From NCBI RefSeq assembly GCF_009914755.1, contig NC_060940.1: a DNA stretch of 64,000 bases; one strand, written 5' to 3'. Positions 14,962-27,720 of this stretch are shown piece after piece; positions within the stretch are counted from its first letter, which is position 1; each line of letters begins with the position of its first letter. Below the pieces are notes generated by a model. The model did not search any database. It saw only the letters and a program-made list of their open reading frames with translations, and had not been told where the DNA came from. This DNA comes from the human T2T-CHM13v2.0 reference genome, Homo sapiens. Both the position numbers and the translations under genes were made by a program.

Positions 14962-15076
14962 AATCCACTGATTTTTGTATGCTCATTTTGTATCCTGCAA
15001 CTTCACTGAATTCTTTTATTAGTTTTAACAATTTGTGGTGGAGTCTTTGGGGTTTTCTATATTTAAGATGTTGTCA

Positions 15077-15355
15077 GCTGAGTGCGATGGCTCACACCTG
15101 TAATCCCAGCACTTTGGGAAGCTGAGGCAGGCAATCAGATCACTTGAGCTCAGGAGTTAACCAGCCTGGGCAACATGGTAAAACCCCATCTTTACAAAAA
15201 AATTAGCCAGGTGTGGTGATGTACCTCTGTAGTCACAGCTACCTGGGAGGCTGAGCTTGGAGGATGGCTTGAGCCTGGGAGGCAGATTGTGCCATGGCAC
15301 TCTGGCTTGGGTGACAGAGCCAGACCTTGTCTCCAAAAAAGAAAAGAAAAAAAAT
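15077..15355 (+). mobile_element. AluJ-like inside the L1 RT domain
   Basis: TSD ATGTTGTCA at 15068-15076 and 15356-15364. Confidence 0.9.
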
Positions 15356-16521
15356 ATGTTGTCATCTGCAAACAGTGACATTTTCCTTCTTCCTTTCTGA
15401 TTGGGATGACTTTTACTTCTTTTTATTGCCTAATTGTTCTGGTTAGAACTTCCAGTACTATATTAAATAGAAACAGTAATAGTGGGCATTCCTGTCTTGC
15501 TTCTGATATTAGAGGAAAAGCTTTCAACTTTTCATCATTGAGTACCATGTTACTGGTGGGCTTGTCATACATGGCCTTAATTATGTTCAGGTACATTCCT
15601 TCTGTATGTATTTGTTGAGCATTTTTAATCATAAAAGGATGCTGAATTTTGTAAATTGTTTTTTATGCCGTCTATTGAGATGATTATGTAATTTTTATCA
15701 TTCATTTTGTTAACGTGGTGTATCACATTTATTGATTTGCATGTTAAACTATTCTTACATCCCAGGGATACATCTCACTAGATTATGGTGTATAATCCTG
15801 TGCTCTTGGTGTATAATTCATGTGCTGTTGAATTCTGTTTGCTAGTATTTTGTTGAAAATTTTTTTCTGTTCATTAGAGTTAATGACCTATAATTTTCTT
15901 TTCTGTATTGACCTTATCTGGCTTTGGTGTCAAGGGATGCTGGCCTTGCAAAATTAGTTTGGAAGTGTTCCTTCCCCTTCAGTATTTTGGAAGAATTTCA
16001 GAAGGATTAGCATTAAATCTTTAAAAAATATTCAGTGGAATTCACCAGTAAAGCCATCAGGTCCTAGGCATTTTTTTTTTTTTTTTGGTTGGGAATTTTT
16101 TGATTACTGATTCGATATCATTAGTCATTATTGATCTATTCAGGTTTTCTATTTCTTCATAATTCAGTCTTGGAAGTTTGTATGCTTCTAGGAATTTATC
16201 TATTTCTTCCAGGTTGTCTAGTTTGTTGGTGTACAATTTTTATAGCAGTCTCTTATAATCCTTTGCCTATTGGTGGTATCAATCATAATGTCTCCTTTTT
16301 TGTTTATAATTTTATTTATTTTAAATTATCTTTATTTTCTTATTCTAGCTAAAGATTTGTCATTTTTTTCAACAAACTAAGCATTCGTTTCATCAGTCTT
16401 TTCTACTATTTATTTAGCTGTTTCATTAATTTTGCTCTGATTTTTATTAATTCCGTTTTTTCTGTTAGCTGCTTTTGCTGCATCTCTTAAGTTTTGAAAT
16501 GCAATGTTTCTATTTTCATTT

Positions 16522-16817
16522 GTCTCTCTCTCTTTTTTTTTTTTTTTGACAGGGTCTCACTCTGGTCACCCAGGCTGGAGTGCAGGGGCACAATCTCAGC
16601 TCACTGCAGTCTCAAACTCCTGACTCAAGGGATCCTCCCACCTCAGTAGCTTGGATGACAGGCACACGTCACCATGCCCAACTAATTTAAAAAATTTTTT
16701 TTAGAGACAGGGTCTCACTATGTAGCCCAGGCAGGTCTCAAGCTCCTGGACTCAAGAGAGCCTCTTGCCTTGGCCTCCCAAAGTGCTGACATTACAGGTG
16801 TGAGCCACATGCCTGGC
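16522..16817 (-). mobile_element. AluJ-like inside the L1
   Basis: Antisense Alu with (CT)n/T tail. Confidence 0.9.
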
Positions 16818-19800
16818 CTCAAGATATATTTTATTTCCATTCTGATTTCTCTTTTTATCCATTGGTTGTTCAAAAGTGTGTTGTTTAATTTCCACATGCT
16901 TGTGAATTTTTCAATTTTCCTCTTGTTATTGATTTCTAGTTTCATAGCATTGTGGTTAGAGAATATATTGGACATAATTTTGATTTTGTTAGGTTTGTTA
17001 AGACTTGTTTTGTGGTCTAACATATGATCTATCCTGGAGAATGTTCTGTGTGTGCTAGAAAAGAATGTATATTTTGTGACTGTTGAATGGAATGTTTTGT
17101 ATGTTTGTTAGGTCCACTTGGTCTATAGTATTGTTCAATCCTGCTTTTCCTTATTGATTTTCTGTCAGATAATCTATCCATTGTTGGAAGTGGGATACTG
17201 AAGACCCCTGCTATTATTGTATTGCTCTCTATTTCTCCCTTCAGTTCTGTTAATATTTGCTTTATATATTTAGGTGCTCCAATGTTAAGTGCATATATAG
17301 TCATAATTGTTATATACTTTGGATGCATTGACCTCGTTATCATTATATAATGACCTTCTTTGTCTCTCATGACAGTTTTTGATCGAAAGTCCATTTTGTG
17401 TGAAATAAGAGTAGCCACCCCTACTCTCTTGGGTGGGATATCTTTTTTCATCTTTTTTCATCCATATCTTAGGTGGGATATCATTTGTTTGGAATATCTT
17501 TTTTCATCCTTTCACTTTCAGCCTATGTGTGAAGCCATAGCCAACTCACTTAAAATGAGTCTCTTGTAGGCAGTATATAGCTGAATATTATTTTTAAAAT
17601 CCATTAAACCATTCTATGTTTTTTGATTGAACAACTTAATCCATTAACATTTAAAGTAATTATTGATAGGTAAAGGCTTATTATTGCCATTTTGTTAATT
17701 GTTTTCTGTTTTGTAGTTTATTTGTTTCTTTCTTTTTTCTCTTTCTGTCTTTTTTTGTGATTTAGGGATTTTTATAGTGGTGTGCTTCATTCCTTTCTAT
17801 TTCTTTTTTGTGTATCTACTATGCGTTTTTCTTTTTGTTTATCATGAAACTTACATAAAACGTCTTACGTTATAACATCCTAATTTAAGCTGTTAACAAT
17901 TTAACTTCTACAACATTCAAAAACCCTACACTTTAACTTCTCCTCCCCCCTCATTTTATGTTATTAATGTCGCAATTTACATCTTTTATATATTGTGTAT
18001 GCATTAACAAATTATTGTAGTGGTAGTTATTTTTAATACTTTGTCATTTTATTTTTATACTAGAATTAAAAGTGATTTACACATTACTATTAAATAATTA
18101 GAGTATTCTGAATTTGATTATATTCTTATCTATATAGTGAGTTTTATATTTTCCACATATCTTCTTGTTGTTAGTTAGTGTCCTTTAATTTCAACTTGAA
18201 GAACTCCCATTAGTACTTCTTGTAAGCCAGGTCTAGCTGATGAACACCCATAGCTTTTGCTTGTCCAGGAGTCTTTTTCTCTCCTAATTTTTGGAGAACA
18301 GCTCTGCTGGGTATAGTATTTTTGGTTGCTAGTTTTTTTTTTCTTTCAGCACTTTGAATATGTTATCAAACTCTCTCATGGCCTGTAAGGTTTCTGTTGA
18401 GAAATCTACTCATCATCTTATCAATGTTCCTTTGTATGTGATGAGTCATTTTTTTTGCTTCTTTCAAAATTCTCTTTGTCTTTAACTTTTGAGAATTTGA
18501 ATTTAACATGTCTTGGTGAAGATCTCTTAATATTTAATCTATTTGTAGTTCTTTGAGCTTCATGACTCTGAATATCCATTTCTCTCTTCAGATTTGGAAA
18601 ATTTTCTGTAAGTATGTTTTTAAATAAACTTTCTGTTTCTTTCTCTTTCTCTGCTCTTTCAGGGGTCCTGTAATGTGAATATTAGTTTGTTTGATCTCTC
18701 ATTAGTCCTGTACACTTTCTTTACTGTTTTCTATTCTCTTTTCTTTCTATTCCTCTGACTAATTTCAAATGACCTGTCTTTGAGCTTGCTGGTTTTTTTT
18801 TCTTCTGTGTGGTTAAATTGGCTGTTTAAGCCTTCTATGAAATCTTTCAGTTCAGTCATGTGTTCTTCAGTTCCATAATTTCTGTTTGGTTCTTTATTAT
18901 GGTTTATATCTCTTTGTTGAGCTTCTAATTTTGTTTACATATTACTTTCCTTATATCATTTAATGGTCTATCTGAGCTCTTTCGTAGCTCACTGTGCTTC
19001 TTTAAGAAAATTATTTTGAACTCTTTGCCAGGCAGTTCGTAGATCTCCATTTCTTTAAGATCAGTTACTGGTGCTTTGTTGGATTCCTTTAGTGGTATCT
19101 TATTTTCCTAATTATTCGTGTTCCTTGTAGCCTTGCATTGGCATCTGCAGATTTGAAGAAGTAGGCCCCTCTTCTAGTCTTCATGGACTGGATTTGGCAA
19201 GAAAAGTCCTTCATCAGTCAGCCATTCAGAAACTCTGGGAAGCCTATCTGGTAACGTCCATGGGCAGGTTTGCTGCTAGAGTTTGAGGACTAGGCATGGT
19301 CCCTGGTCACTGGACTGGCAGGTGGGGCTGGTGCCTGGGTCTATGGGGCAGGCCTGGTGCCAAGGTCCACAGGAGCCAATCTGGCACTGGGACAGACCTT
19401 GAGCTGGAGTCCACTGGCACCAGCTGGGTGCTGGGATGGGCTAGGTCCTGTATCTACAGGGGCTGGCCTGGCACCAAGGCCCCCTGGGAACGACTGTAGA
19501 ACTTGAGTTCAGAGGAATGGGCCTGGATACTGGGTCTGTAGGGGTGAGTCCATAGGGGCAGGCCTGGAGGCTGGGTCCACAAGGGCTTGCCTGGTGCCTG
19601 GGCCTATAGGGCCAGCTTGGTGCTGGGGCAGGCCTGGAGCCTGAAGCTACAAGGGCTGGCCTGGACCCTTTGTCCATGGGACTGGCCTGGTGTGATGGTA
19701 GAGTTGGAGGCTGGGTCTTCAAGGGACAGCCTGGCCCTGGGGTGGGCCTGGAGCCTGGTGTTAAGGCATGCCTGGAGCCTGGGGCCATGGGTCTGGCCTG

Positions 19801-21119
19801 GGGTCACAGGGGCTGACCTGGTGTCATGGTTCACTGGGGCAGACCTGGTATTGGGGTCTATAGTGAAATCAGGTCTGTGCTGTGCTGCCCAGATTTAGGG
19901 GAGGGGTGAAGCTGTCCTTTCTACCTTTCTCAAAGTGTTTTTTCTTATTTTTGTGCTCCATCCAGGTACTGTAATGTTTCACCTGGATTCCTTAGCTTTT
20001 GTGAAGATATTTTTGTGCATGGATGGTTGTTCAAATGGATGTTTCTGGAAGGGAATATGTGCTGAAATCCTAGTCTCCCTTCATGCTGACATCACTCTCC
20101 AACCTTAGTTTGATTTAGAAAAATACAATAATGACTTTAAAAAAACACACACACCTAAGATGATGGAGTAAAATTCATGCCTGCTATACATGATTTAATT
20201 TTAATCATTTCTATCTTCACAACTGCAGTTTAGCCAACAACAAAATAATTCTATCTTTCTTGAGCATGGAGAAACTGATGATGGAAAGAAGTCAGTGAAG
20301 GATAAAATTGGTTTGTGGATTATCTGCAAAGTGGAATAATCAAGAGTTGGTTAAAATTACTGCTAGCTCTCCCCATCATCAAAATTTATAAACAACAACA
20401 ACAACATTAACAATAGTGTTAAAAGCATTAGCCAGGTGCTGAGGATCTACTGTGTTAGATACTGAGTGCAAGGATCTCCAATTATGTTATTTAGTTGAAT
20501 TGCCTGAAAGCCCGGTAAGGTAGGAATTTATTATTCCCACTTTATAAATAGGAGAAACTGAGGTTGAATAACTTTTTTGAAAGCACAGAGCCAGATCTTA
20601 CTCTGCTTACATGGGGGATTATACAGCTGCAACAGCATAATCTCTCAAGTCAACCTGCACAGAAAAGAATGCATCATAGGCAAGGTACAGGGTGATATCA
20701 AATGGCCAGTGATAGAGGAGAAATGGACTTTGGGAGGGTCTGGATATAGAGAGCCAACTTTGGCCTTGGAGTCTGTTTCTCTCTGCACGTCAGCTGCATC
20801 TTTCTTTCCTTTCAGACATACCTCACTTGCCTGTGGTCCAGTTTGGATAGTCCCAGCACAGCTTTACAGGAATAGGCCCCAAACCGAACTTCCAAGGAGG
20901 AAGGATCTGATCGGCTCAGCTTGGGTAAAGTGTCTGCCCTTGGTCCAGGTGGCTGTTTCCAGGGAGGGTGGAGTAGGGAACTATAAATAAGGCTGTGGGG
21001 GAGGGGGACAGAGGTCAAGCCCCGAGTAGAAGGTGTGTTCTCTGAGCAGACACCTCCCTATTGTGTAGGGCAACCTGAGGCTCTGAGAAATAATTTGTCT
21101 AATATCACCCAGCTCACGA

Positions 21120-21295
21120 TGGACCCAGAATGGAACCACTTCCTGAGGTTTTTGAGTCAGGCAGACCTGGGTCTCAACCTTGGCCATACTGTGTAACCTT
21201 GGGCAAGTCCTTGAGCCCCCAAAACCTTAGTTTTCTCTATTCTAAAATCTAGAAAATATAAACTGCCGCATAGGATTGTTGTGTAGTGTAGATAA
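21120..21295 (+). mobile_element. MIR
   Basis: gagtcaggcagacctggg...tgtgtaaccttgggcaagtc. Confidence 0.65.
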
Positions 21296-21746
21296 TGTCC
21301 ACTCAGCTCCCCACACGTAATAGACTCTAGTGTTAGCATCAGGCATCTCTAGGTTATGGGATGGCAGCTCGTTGGGCTTTTCTTTCCCACAATAGCTATA
21401 TTGACCATAATTTCAAAATAAGAGAGAACGAATAAGTGTTCATTCCTTTTGTCTTGTACTTCTTGCATCTTGAGTCTATTATTAACCTCTGTGTGACCAC
21501 CCAGCAGCTATTTGAATGCCACAGGGCCTCAATTTTCCCATCTGTAAAATGGCACAGTCATTCCCCACTCCCAATCATCTCCAGTGGCAGAGGTGAAGTT
21601 CTGGTGGGCCCAGGGATATGAAAGAAGACACCTCAAGGGAAACAATAATTTATTGCAACAGTTAAGAAAGAAAAAAAAGCCTGCATAGGGCTGAAAACTG
21701 GTTGGCTCTTTCTCTAATAGAGGTCCAGTATTGCCAGACATTCCGA

Positions 21747-22044
21747 TTTTTTTTTTTTTCTGGAGACAGAATCTCGCTCTGTTGCCCATGCTGGAGTGCA
21801 GTGGCATAATCTTGGCTCACTGCAACCTCCACCACCTAGGTTCAGGCAATTCTCCTGCCTCAGCCTCCTGAGTAGCTGAGATTACAAGCATGCAGCACTA
21901 TCCCCAGCTAACTTTTGTATTTGTTTTAGTAGAGATGGGATTTCACCATGTTGGCCAGGCTGGTCTCAAACTCTTGACTTTAAGTGTCACCCGCCCCAGC
22001 CTCCCAAAGTGCTGGGATTACAGGTGTGAGCCATCATGCCTGGC
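21747..22044 (-). mobile_element. AluS-like
   Basis: TSD acattc(c/t)gatttt on both sides. Confidence 0.92.
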
Positions 22045-22219
22045 TACATTCTGATTTTTGAAAAGAAATTAGAAAGTATTTTATTTCTTTAAGAAATATT
22101 CAAATATCTGATATTTTTTCTCAATCTTTTAAAGTGTTTGAATATTCAAATTGATATTTAAATTAAAAATCATCATGGGGGCAAATAAGGCATTCCCTGG
22201 GGCCACCTTTTGAGACAAC

Positions 22220-22460
22220 TCTTCAAAGGGAGGCAGGGAAATTTGGGGTCTTGCTTTGAAAGCTGTTCCCCACTCAAGCTCTGGTCCAAGCCTCTGACCA
22301 GGCTACAGAATTCCTGACCTCCACCGTCCCCACCGGAAGCCTCCTCCCTGCCTGGTGCCAGGGATGACTTCAGCTGGAAGACAAAGGGGCCTTCATGTTC
22401 AAAGGCCGGCAAGACGGTTCATCCTCTATCCTCCACAAACAAACAGGGTGGCTTTGATCT
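22220..22460. promoter_or_regulatory. Candidate distal Wnt-responsive enhancer (TCF/LEF motif cluster)
   Basis: CTTTGAW on either strand at 22222-22228, 22254-22260, 22398-22404 and 22452-22458, in non-repetitive sequence. Confidence 0.55.
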
Positions 22461-22759
22461 GGGTGGGGGTGGAGGCAGCAGCTCCAATTAGGAGATCAGC
22501 CCGTGTCTGGGCTAAAGAATGTTTGTAATAAAATAAAAGATCTAAGTGGCTGTAATGAAGGGTAATAGAAAAATGGTGTCACTCGGGATTCTCTCTGTGT
22601 TGCTCCATTTGAAGTGGATTAACTGACTGGTACAGGAGAGGGGACTAGGGGCCAGTCCCCAGAGCCTCTCCAAGCCTTCATCCTGACCTCTGCTCTGGGG
22701 TTGAGTGGGCACTACTGGGTGCACTCAGGAAGGAAGCTAGGAGAGACAGCATGACCCTA

Positions 22760-23157
22760 TTTTCTTTTCTTTCTTCTCTTTCTTTCTTTCTTTCTCTCTC
22801 TCTTTCTCTTTCTTTCTTTCTTTCTTTCTCTCTTTCTCTCTCTCTTCTTTCTTTCTCTCTCTTTTTCTGTCTCTCTCTTTCTTCTTTCTTTTTCTCTCTT
22901 GCTGTCTCTCTTTCTTTCTCTCTCTTTCTTTTCTTTCTCTCTTTCTCTCTCTCTTTCTTTCTCTTTCTCTGTCTCTTTCTTCTTTCTTTTTCTCTCTTGC
23001 TCTCTTTCTTTCTCTCTCTTTCTTTCTTCTTTCTCTCTCTCTCGCTGTCTCTCTTTCTCTTTCTTTCTTTCTTTCTCTCTCTTTCTCTTCTTTCTTTCTT
23101 TCCCTTCCTTCCTTCCTTCTTTCCTTCCTTCCTTCCTTCTTTCCTTTCTTTTTTTCT
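22760..23157. repeat. About 400-bp CT-rich compound microsatellite ((CT)n, (CTTT)n, (CCTT)n), the expanded tail of the adjacent Alu
   Basis: Almost pure pyrimidine + strand, contiguous with the Alu 3' end. Confidence 0.95.
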
Positions 23158-23436
23158 GAGACAAGGTCTCTTTGTGTCACCCAGACTTGCGTGTAGTAGT
23201 GCAATCATGGCTCACTGTCACCTCAACCTCCTGGGCTCAAGCGATCCTCTCACGTCAGCCTCTCAAGTAGATGGGACCAGGCATGCGCCATCATGCCCAA
23301 CTGATTTTTAATTTTTTTGTAGAGATGGGGTCCTGCTATTTCGCCTAGGCTGGTCTTGCATTCCTGGGCTCAAGCGATCCACCCACCTTGCCTCTGGAGG
23401 TGTTGGGATTACAGGCACGGTGGCTCGTGCCTGGCC
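23158..23436 (-). mobile_element. AluJ-like body
   Basis: Antisense Alu; TSD-like gaccctattttct (22753-22765) and gaccttcttttct (23438-23450) bracket the Alu plus the microsatellite. Confidence 0.88.
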
Positions 23437-24960
23437 AGACCTTCTTTTCTGAAGCATGAAACTCCTCACCTTTGCAGACACAGCCACTTCCACCCTCCTT
23501 CACTTGACACATTTAAATCAAGGTGGTCCCCAGTGACTCTCCTTTGGGGAAAGATGTTCCTGCTGTTCCTGGCTTTTGTTATCCTGCTGTGAGGTTGCTT
23601 CACTCTTGGAGCCTACTGCATGGAGTTCAGTCTTGCATTACAGCAGGGCTTGGGCTATTTCCTGCTACAAACTCTTTCTTTGAGGGCAGGAACCCTTGTG
23701 GATTGAGGATGGCACAGTTCTTCCTCAGCTTTTACATCCACTGGACTCAGTGTGGAGGAAGCTTGCAGGAAAGACTTTGAGTTAGAGTCAACGGTTTGAT
23801 ATGCAAACTTACAAAAAAGGAGGCACAGAGGTGGTATCTCCAACATGCCAACTGCTTTGTGTTCATTATCAGGACTGACACATATGGTTGCTCAGATTGT
23901 GCACTGCACAATCACCAGGTATGCCTTCTACAGCTTAGGGAATGATTCCTTTCATCATTCCATTTATCTTCATGATAATGCTGCGAGGCAGTCATTTGGC
24001 TCTCAAATGAGGAAACTGAGGCTCCAAGGGGCTGAATGATATCCCCCAAAAAAGATGACTGAACTAGGAATATGGAGCCTTCTGGACCCCCTGAAGCTCT
24101 CGTGTCACCACATCGGGCTGCAATGCTGAGTATGTATTTAGTGCTGAAATGCACAGTGCATGTGTACACTAACCCCTTATACATCCTGATGAGGTGGTGA
24201 AAGTCATTATTATCTCTGTGTTACAGATGAGGAAGCGGAGGGAGAGTGGACTGGAAGGAACTTGACCCAGGATGCTGAGTAAGCAGAGCTGTGAATATTT
24301 GAGTTCAAGCAGTTGGGCTCCCAAAGCCGGTGATGTTAACCCTAAGCACCTTGTCATCATTATAATAGTAATACTTCATTTCTAGCTACTCAGTCTGATA
24401 TGTTTTTCTTCCTTTTAAATTGGCGATTGCATTCACTGGAGAAAGCCTGGGGAGACAACATTTATTCTGTCCCAGACCATATTTGTCCCTTCCAAGTGGA
24501 CAAATAATAAGTCCACTAATTATTGTCCTGCTGAGGGACAAACAAGAAGTCCCTCTAGGACTTACCGGGGTGTAGGGTCTTCTCCCTTCTTGGTTCCCTA
24601 ATCATCCAGCACCCCTCTCCCCAGGAGCCACCTGCAGATGAGTCCTTTCTGTTCTAGAGGCAGCAGGAGCCATCCCCACTCTCTCTCCCTCCCTGTGAGA
24701 GGGTCATGCTTCCAGGGAAACTCCCTGAGCACACACACACTGTCTGGATTTATCCACCATATATAGAATTGAGGGCAGGCCTTTCTTGACATGGAATTCT
24801 TTTATTTTTAATTTTTTGTTTCTAATTATTAGCTGCAGTTAATTTGGTATGACATAACATCCATTGCTTCTAAATTACCAGTGAGTAGATATAGTTTGGA
24901 CATTAGCCTCATTCTTATCTAATCAGTGACACGAGAAGCAACATTTTAAAGACAATAAGG

Positions 24961-25302
<342 letters not shown>

Positions 25303-25844
25303 CTAGTGGCTGGAAGAGGGAGACAATCCAAGGAAGGGCAGTTCTGGATTTGTGACTCTGATTTAGCTCTTGAAACAGGAGGTCACCGAGCCTAGGAGGT
25401 TGAACCAGTTCTTGGCTGAGCAAGGACAATCAAATCAGGAGGTCTCCCTGGAGGCACCTTTGGAGACACACATGTGTTTTTCTGGCCACAGACTTTTAAA
25501 ATCCATCTTGCTTTTGAATTAGGTTCATGAAGTCATACCTCTGCCTCACTGAAGCACCACACACATGGCCGTGTTCACATCTGAGTAGGACCCAAGGCAC
25601 ATCGACGGGGAACCGTTGCCCTTTCCATCTCTCCGGGGTGGATGAGCCTCCTTTGTCAGGAAATGCCAGCTGGCATCCATCGGCCAGGGCTCTCTGGGTC
25701 TGCGGAGCACCTGTGTGCTCTCAGGAGCTCCTAGCCAATGACTGAGAACAACATGGTGCTAGGGCTGCCTCCTATCCTGGGGTGTAAGAGGCAGTGTGTG
25801 GGGGAATGAGAGGCCTCTTTTCTGAGTGTTGTTTTTCAGAGCTC

Positions 25845-26075
25845 AGGCTCCAGATCAGATAGACCTGGGTTGAAATCCTGGTTTCAGCCTCAACATATTG
25901 TGAGAATTTGGGCAATTCATGTGGCCTCTGTGGGCCTCAGTTTTCTCATCTATAAAAGGGGGATAGTGGTGAGGACTGACCTGTGCAGGGTCAATGTCAT
26001 GAGTCAACGTGACAATGTATATAAGAAACTTAGCAGTCTGACACCCTGTAAGCTCACAGTGAATGCCACCTATGA
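25845..26075 (+). mobile_element. MIR
   Basis: agacctgggttgaaatcctgg...ctctgtgggcctcagttttctcatctataaaa. Confidence 0.7.
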
Positions 26076-26088
26076 GCATTGATATTAG

Positions 26089-26407
<319 letters not shown>

Positions 26408-26498
26408 TGATATTAGAAGTATTATAGATGAGGCATGTTATATACATTCAACTCAACTATACATGCCTGACCAAAGCAGAAAAAAGAAGCAAAAAAGA

Positions 26499-26502
<4 letters not shown>

Positions 26503-26536
<34 letters not shown>
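26503..26536. repeat. (CA)n microsatellite
   Basis: About 17 CA units. Confidence 0.95.
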
Positions 26537-26537
<1 letters not shown>

Positions 26538-26538
<1 letters not shown>

Positions 26539-26960
26539 ATGGCAGCCATGAACGTGTACCCCTTAAATCTCCCTTTAGGCAAAATTTGCCATTCAGCTAC
26601 AAGAAGTGCAGTTGGCAGACAGCCTTCAACTTCAGCATCTTCAGAGTCTGCCTTGACTTTCAAGCTGAGGCCATGGACTTCTCAGGAGCTCCTAGCCAAT
26701 GGCTGAGAACAACGTGAGTGCTAGGGCCAAAAGTGATATTCTTTCTTGCCAGTGTGGTGTTCCTCAGATGGGCAGTTGTTGATTTGGAGCTCCCTTTGAA
26801 GTTGGCCAAGTCTTTGTCAACTTTGGATCGCAGTCAGAGGCTCCTCCTGCCTGATCCTGCGTCCTCCCTCTTGTATCTTTCTCAGGCATTGCCCCCAAGA
26901 AACTGCACTCCTAACTCCATCTCAGCATCTGCTTCCCGGTCTGTCTCATCCCACTGACAA
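26538..26960 (+). mobile_element. ERVL solo LTR (LTR16A-like)
   Basis: tatggcagccatg...agccaatggctgag...catctcagcatctgcttcc. Confidence 0.65.
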
Positions 26961-27215
26961 AGAGGTGAGACAGAGATGGGAATGACAGAGAGAGGAGAAG
27001 GAGAGGGAGAACAATTTACTTATTATTATTATTTTTCAAGTTCCAATTGTTTAATGGCATGGGCTTAAGAGAGATAACAATTTAAATGGGATGGGCAGAG
27101 ACAAGTATGTGCTCCAGAGGGAATGCGACGACAGAGAGCAGCCTCAGTCCCCATTCTCCTGTGAGAATGGCTCCTGTCTGAGTATGATTTTCATGCATAA
27201 TGTCACATGGCCTCT

Positions 27216-27720
27216 GTATTAGTCAGGGTTCCCCAGTAGGATATGTACATAGAAAGAGATTTATTATAATAAGGCATTCCCTCATGCAATTATAGAGGCT
27301 AAGTCCCTATATCTGCAGTTGGCAGGCTGGAGACCCAGGAGAGCTGAAGGTGTAGTTCTAGTCCAAGTCCGAAGACCTGAGAACCAGGAGAGTCAGTGGT
27401 ATAAGTTTCAGTCTGAACCCTGCAGGTTAGAGACACAGGAAGAATGGATGCTTCCGTCCAAGTCTGAGACCGGAGAAGACACATGTCCCAGCTCAAGCAG
27501 TCAGGCAAGAGGAATTCCCTCTTAGCCTTTTTTCTGTTCACGTCTTCAATGGATTGGATGAGGACCATCTACACTGGGGAGGGTGATCTACTTGACTCAG
27601 TCTACTGATTCAAATCTTAATCTCCTCCAGAAACACCCTCACAAACACACCCGGAATAGTGTTTAGTCAAATGTCTAAGCACTCCATGGGCCAGTCAAGT
27701 TGACACACAAAACTTGCCAC
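27216..27720 (-). mobile_element. MLT2-like LTR
   Basis: tgtattagtcagggttc...gagatttattata...ctggagacccaggagagctga...ccagtcaagttgacac. Confidence 0.75.

Larger units (their letters stand above)
12490..20100 (-). mobile_element. Nearly full-length ancient L1 (L1MA8/9-like 3' end), inactive, interrupted by one MST LTR and three Alus
   Basis: ORF2 remnants in the ORF track: endonuclease 17029..17451 (GVATLI...RDKEGHYIMI...GAPKYIKQILTELKGEI), 16718..17023, RT 15423..15632 and FADD near 15360. GC-rich repeated 5' UTR about 19250-19900. Confidence 0.92.

Noticed and set aside
15157-17451. RT- and endonuclease-like ORFs as an active or novel retroelement system
   Set aside because: Frameshifted fragments of an ancient L1 ORF2, interrupted by Alus.
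19250-19900. Loosely repeated GC-rich units (gcctgg...ctgggtc) resembling an array
   Set aside because: Located at the L1 5' end and consistent with the repeated 5' UTR of old L1M elements; no constant repeat/spacer structure, so not CRISPR-like.
22678-23311. Long K/E/R-rich and F/L/S-rich ORFs (up to 186 aa)
   Set aside because: They are translations of the stop-poor CT microsatellite plus Alu.
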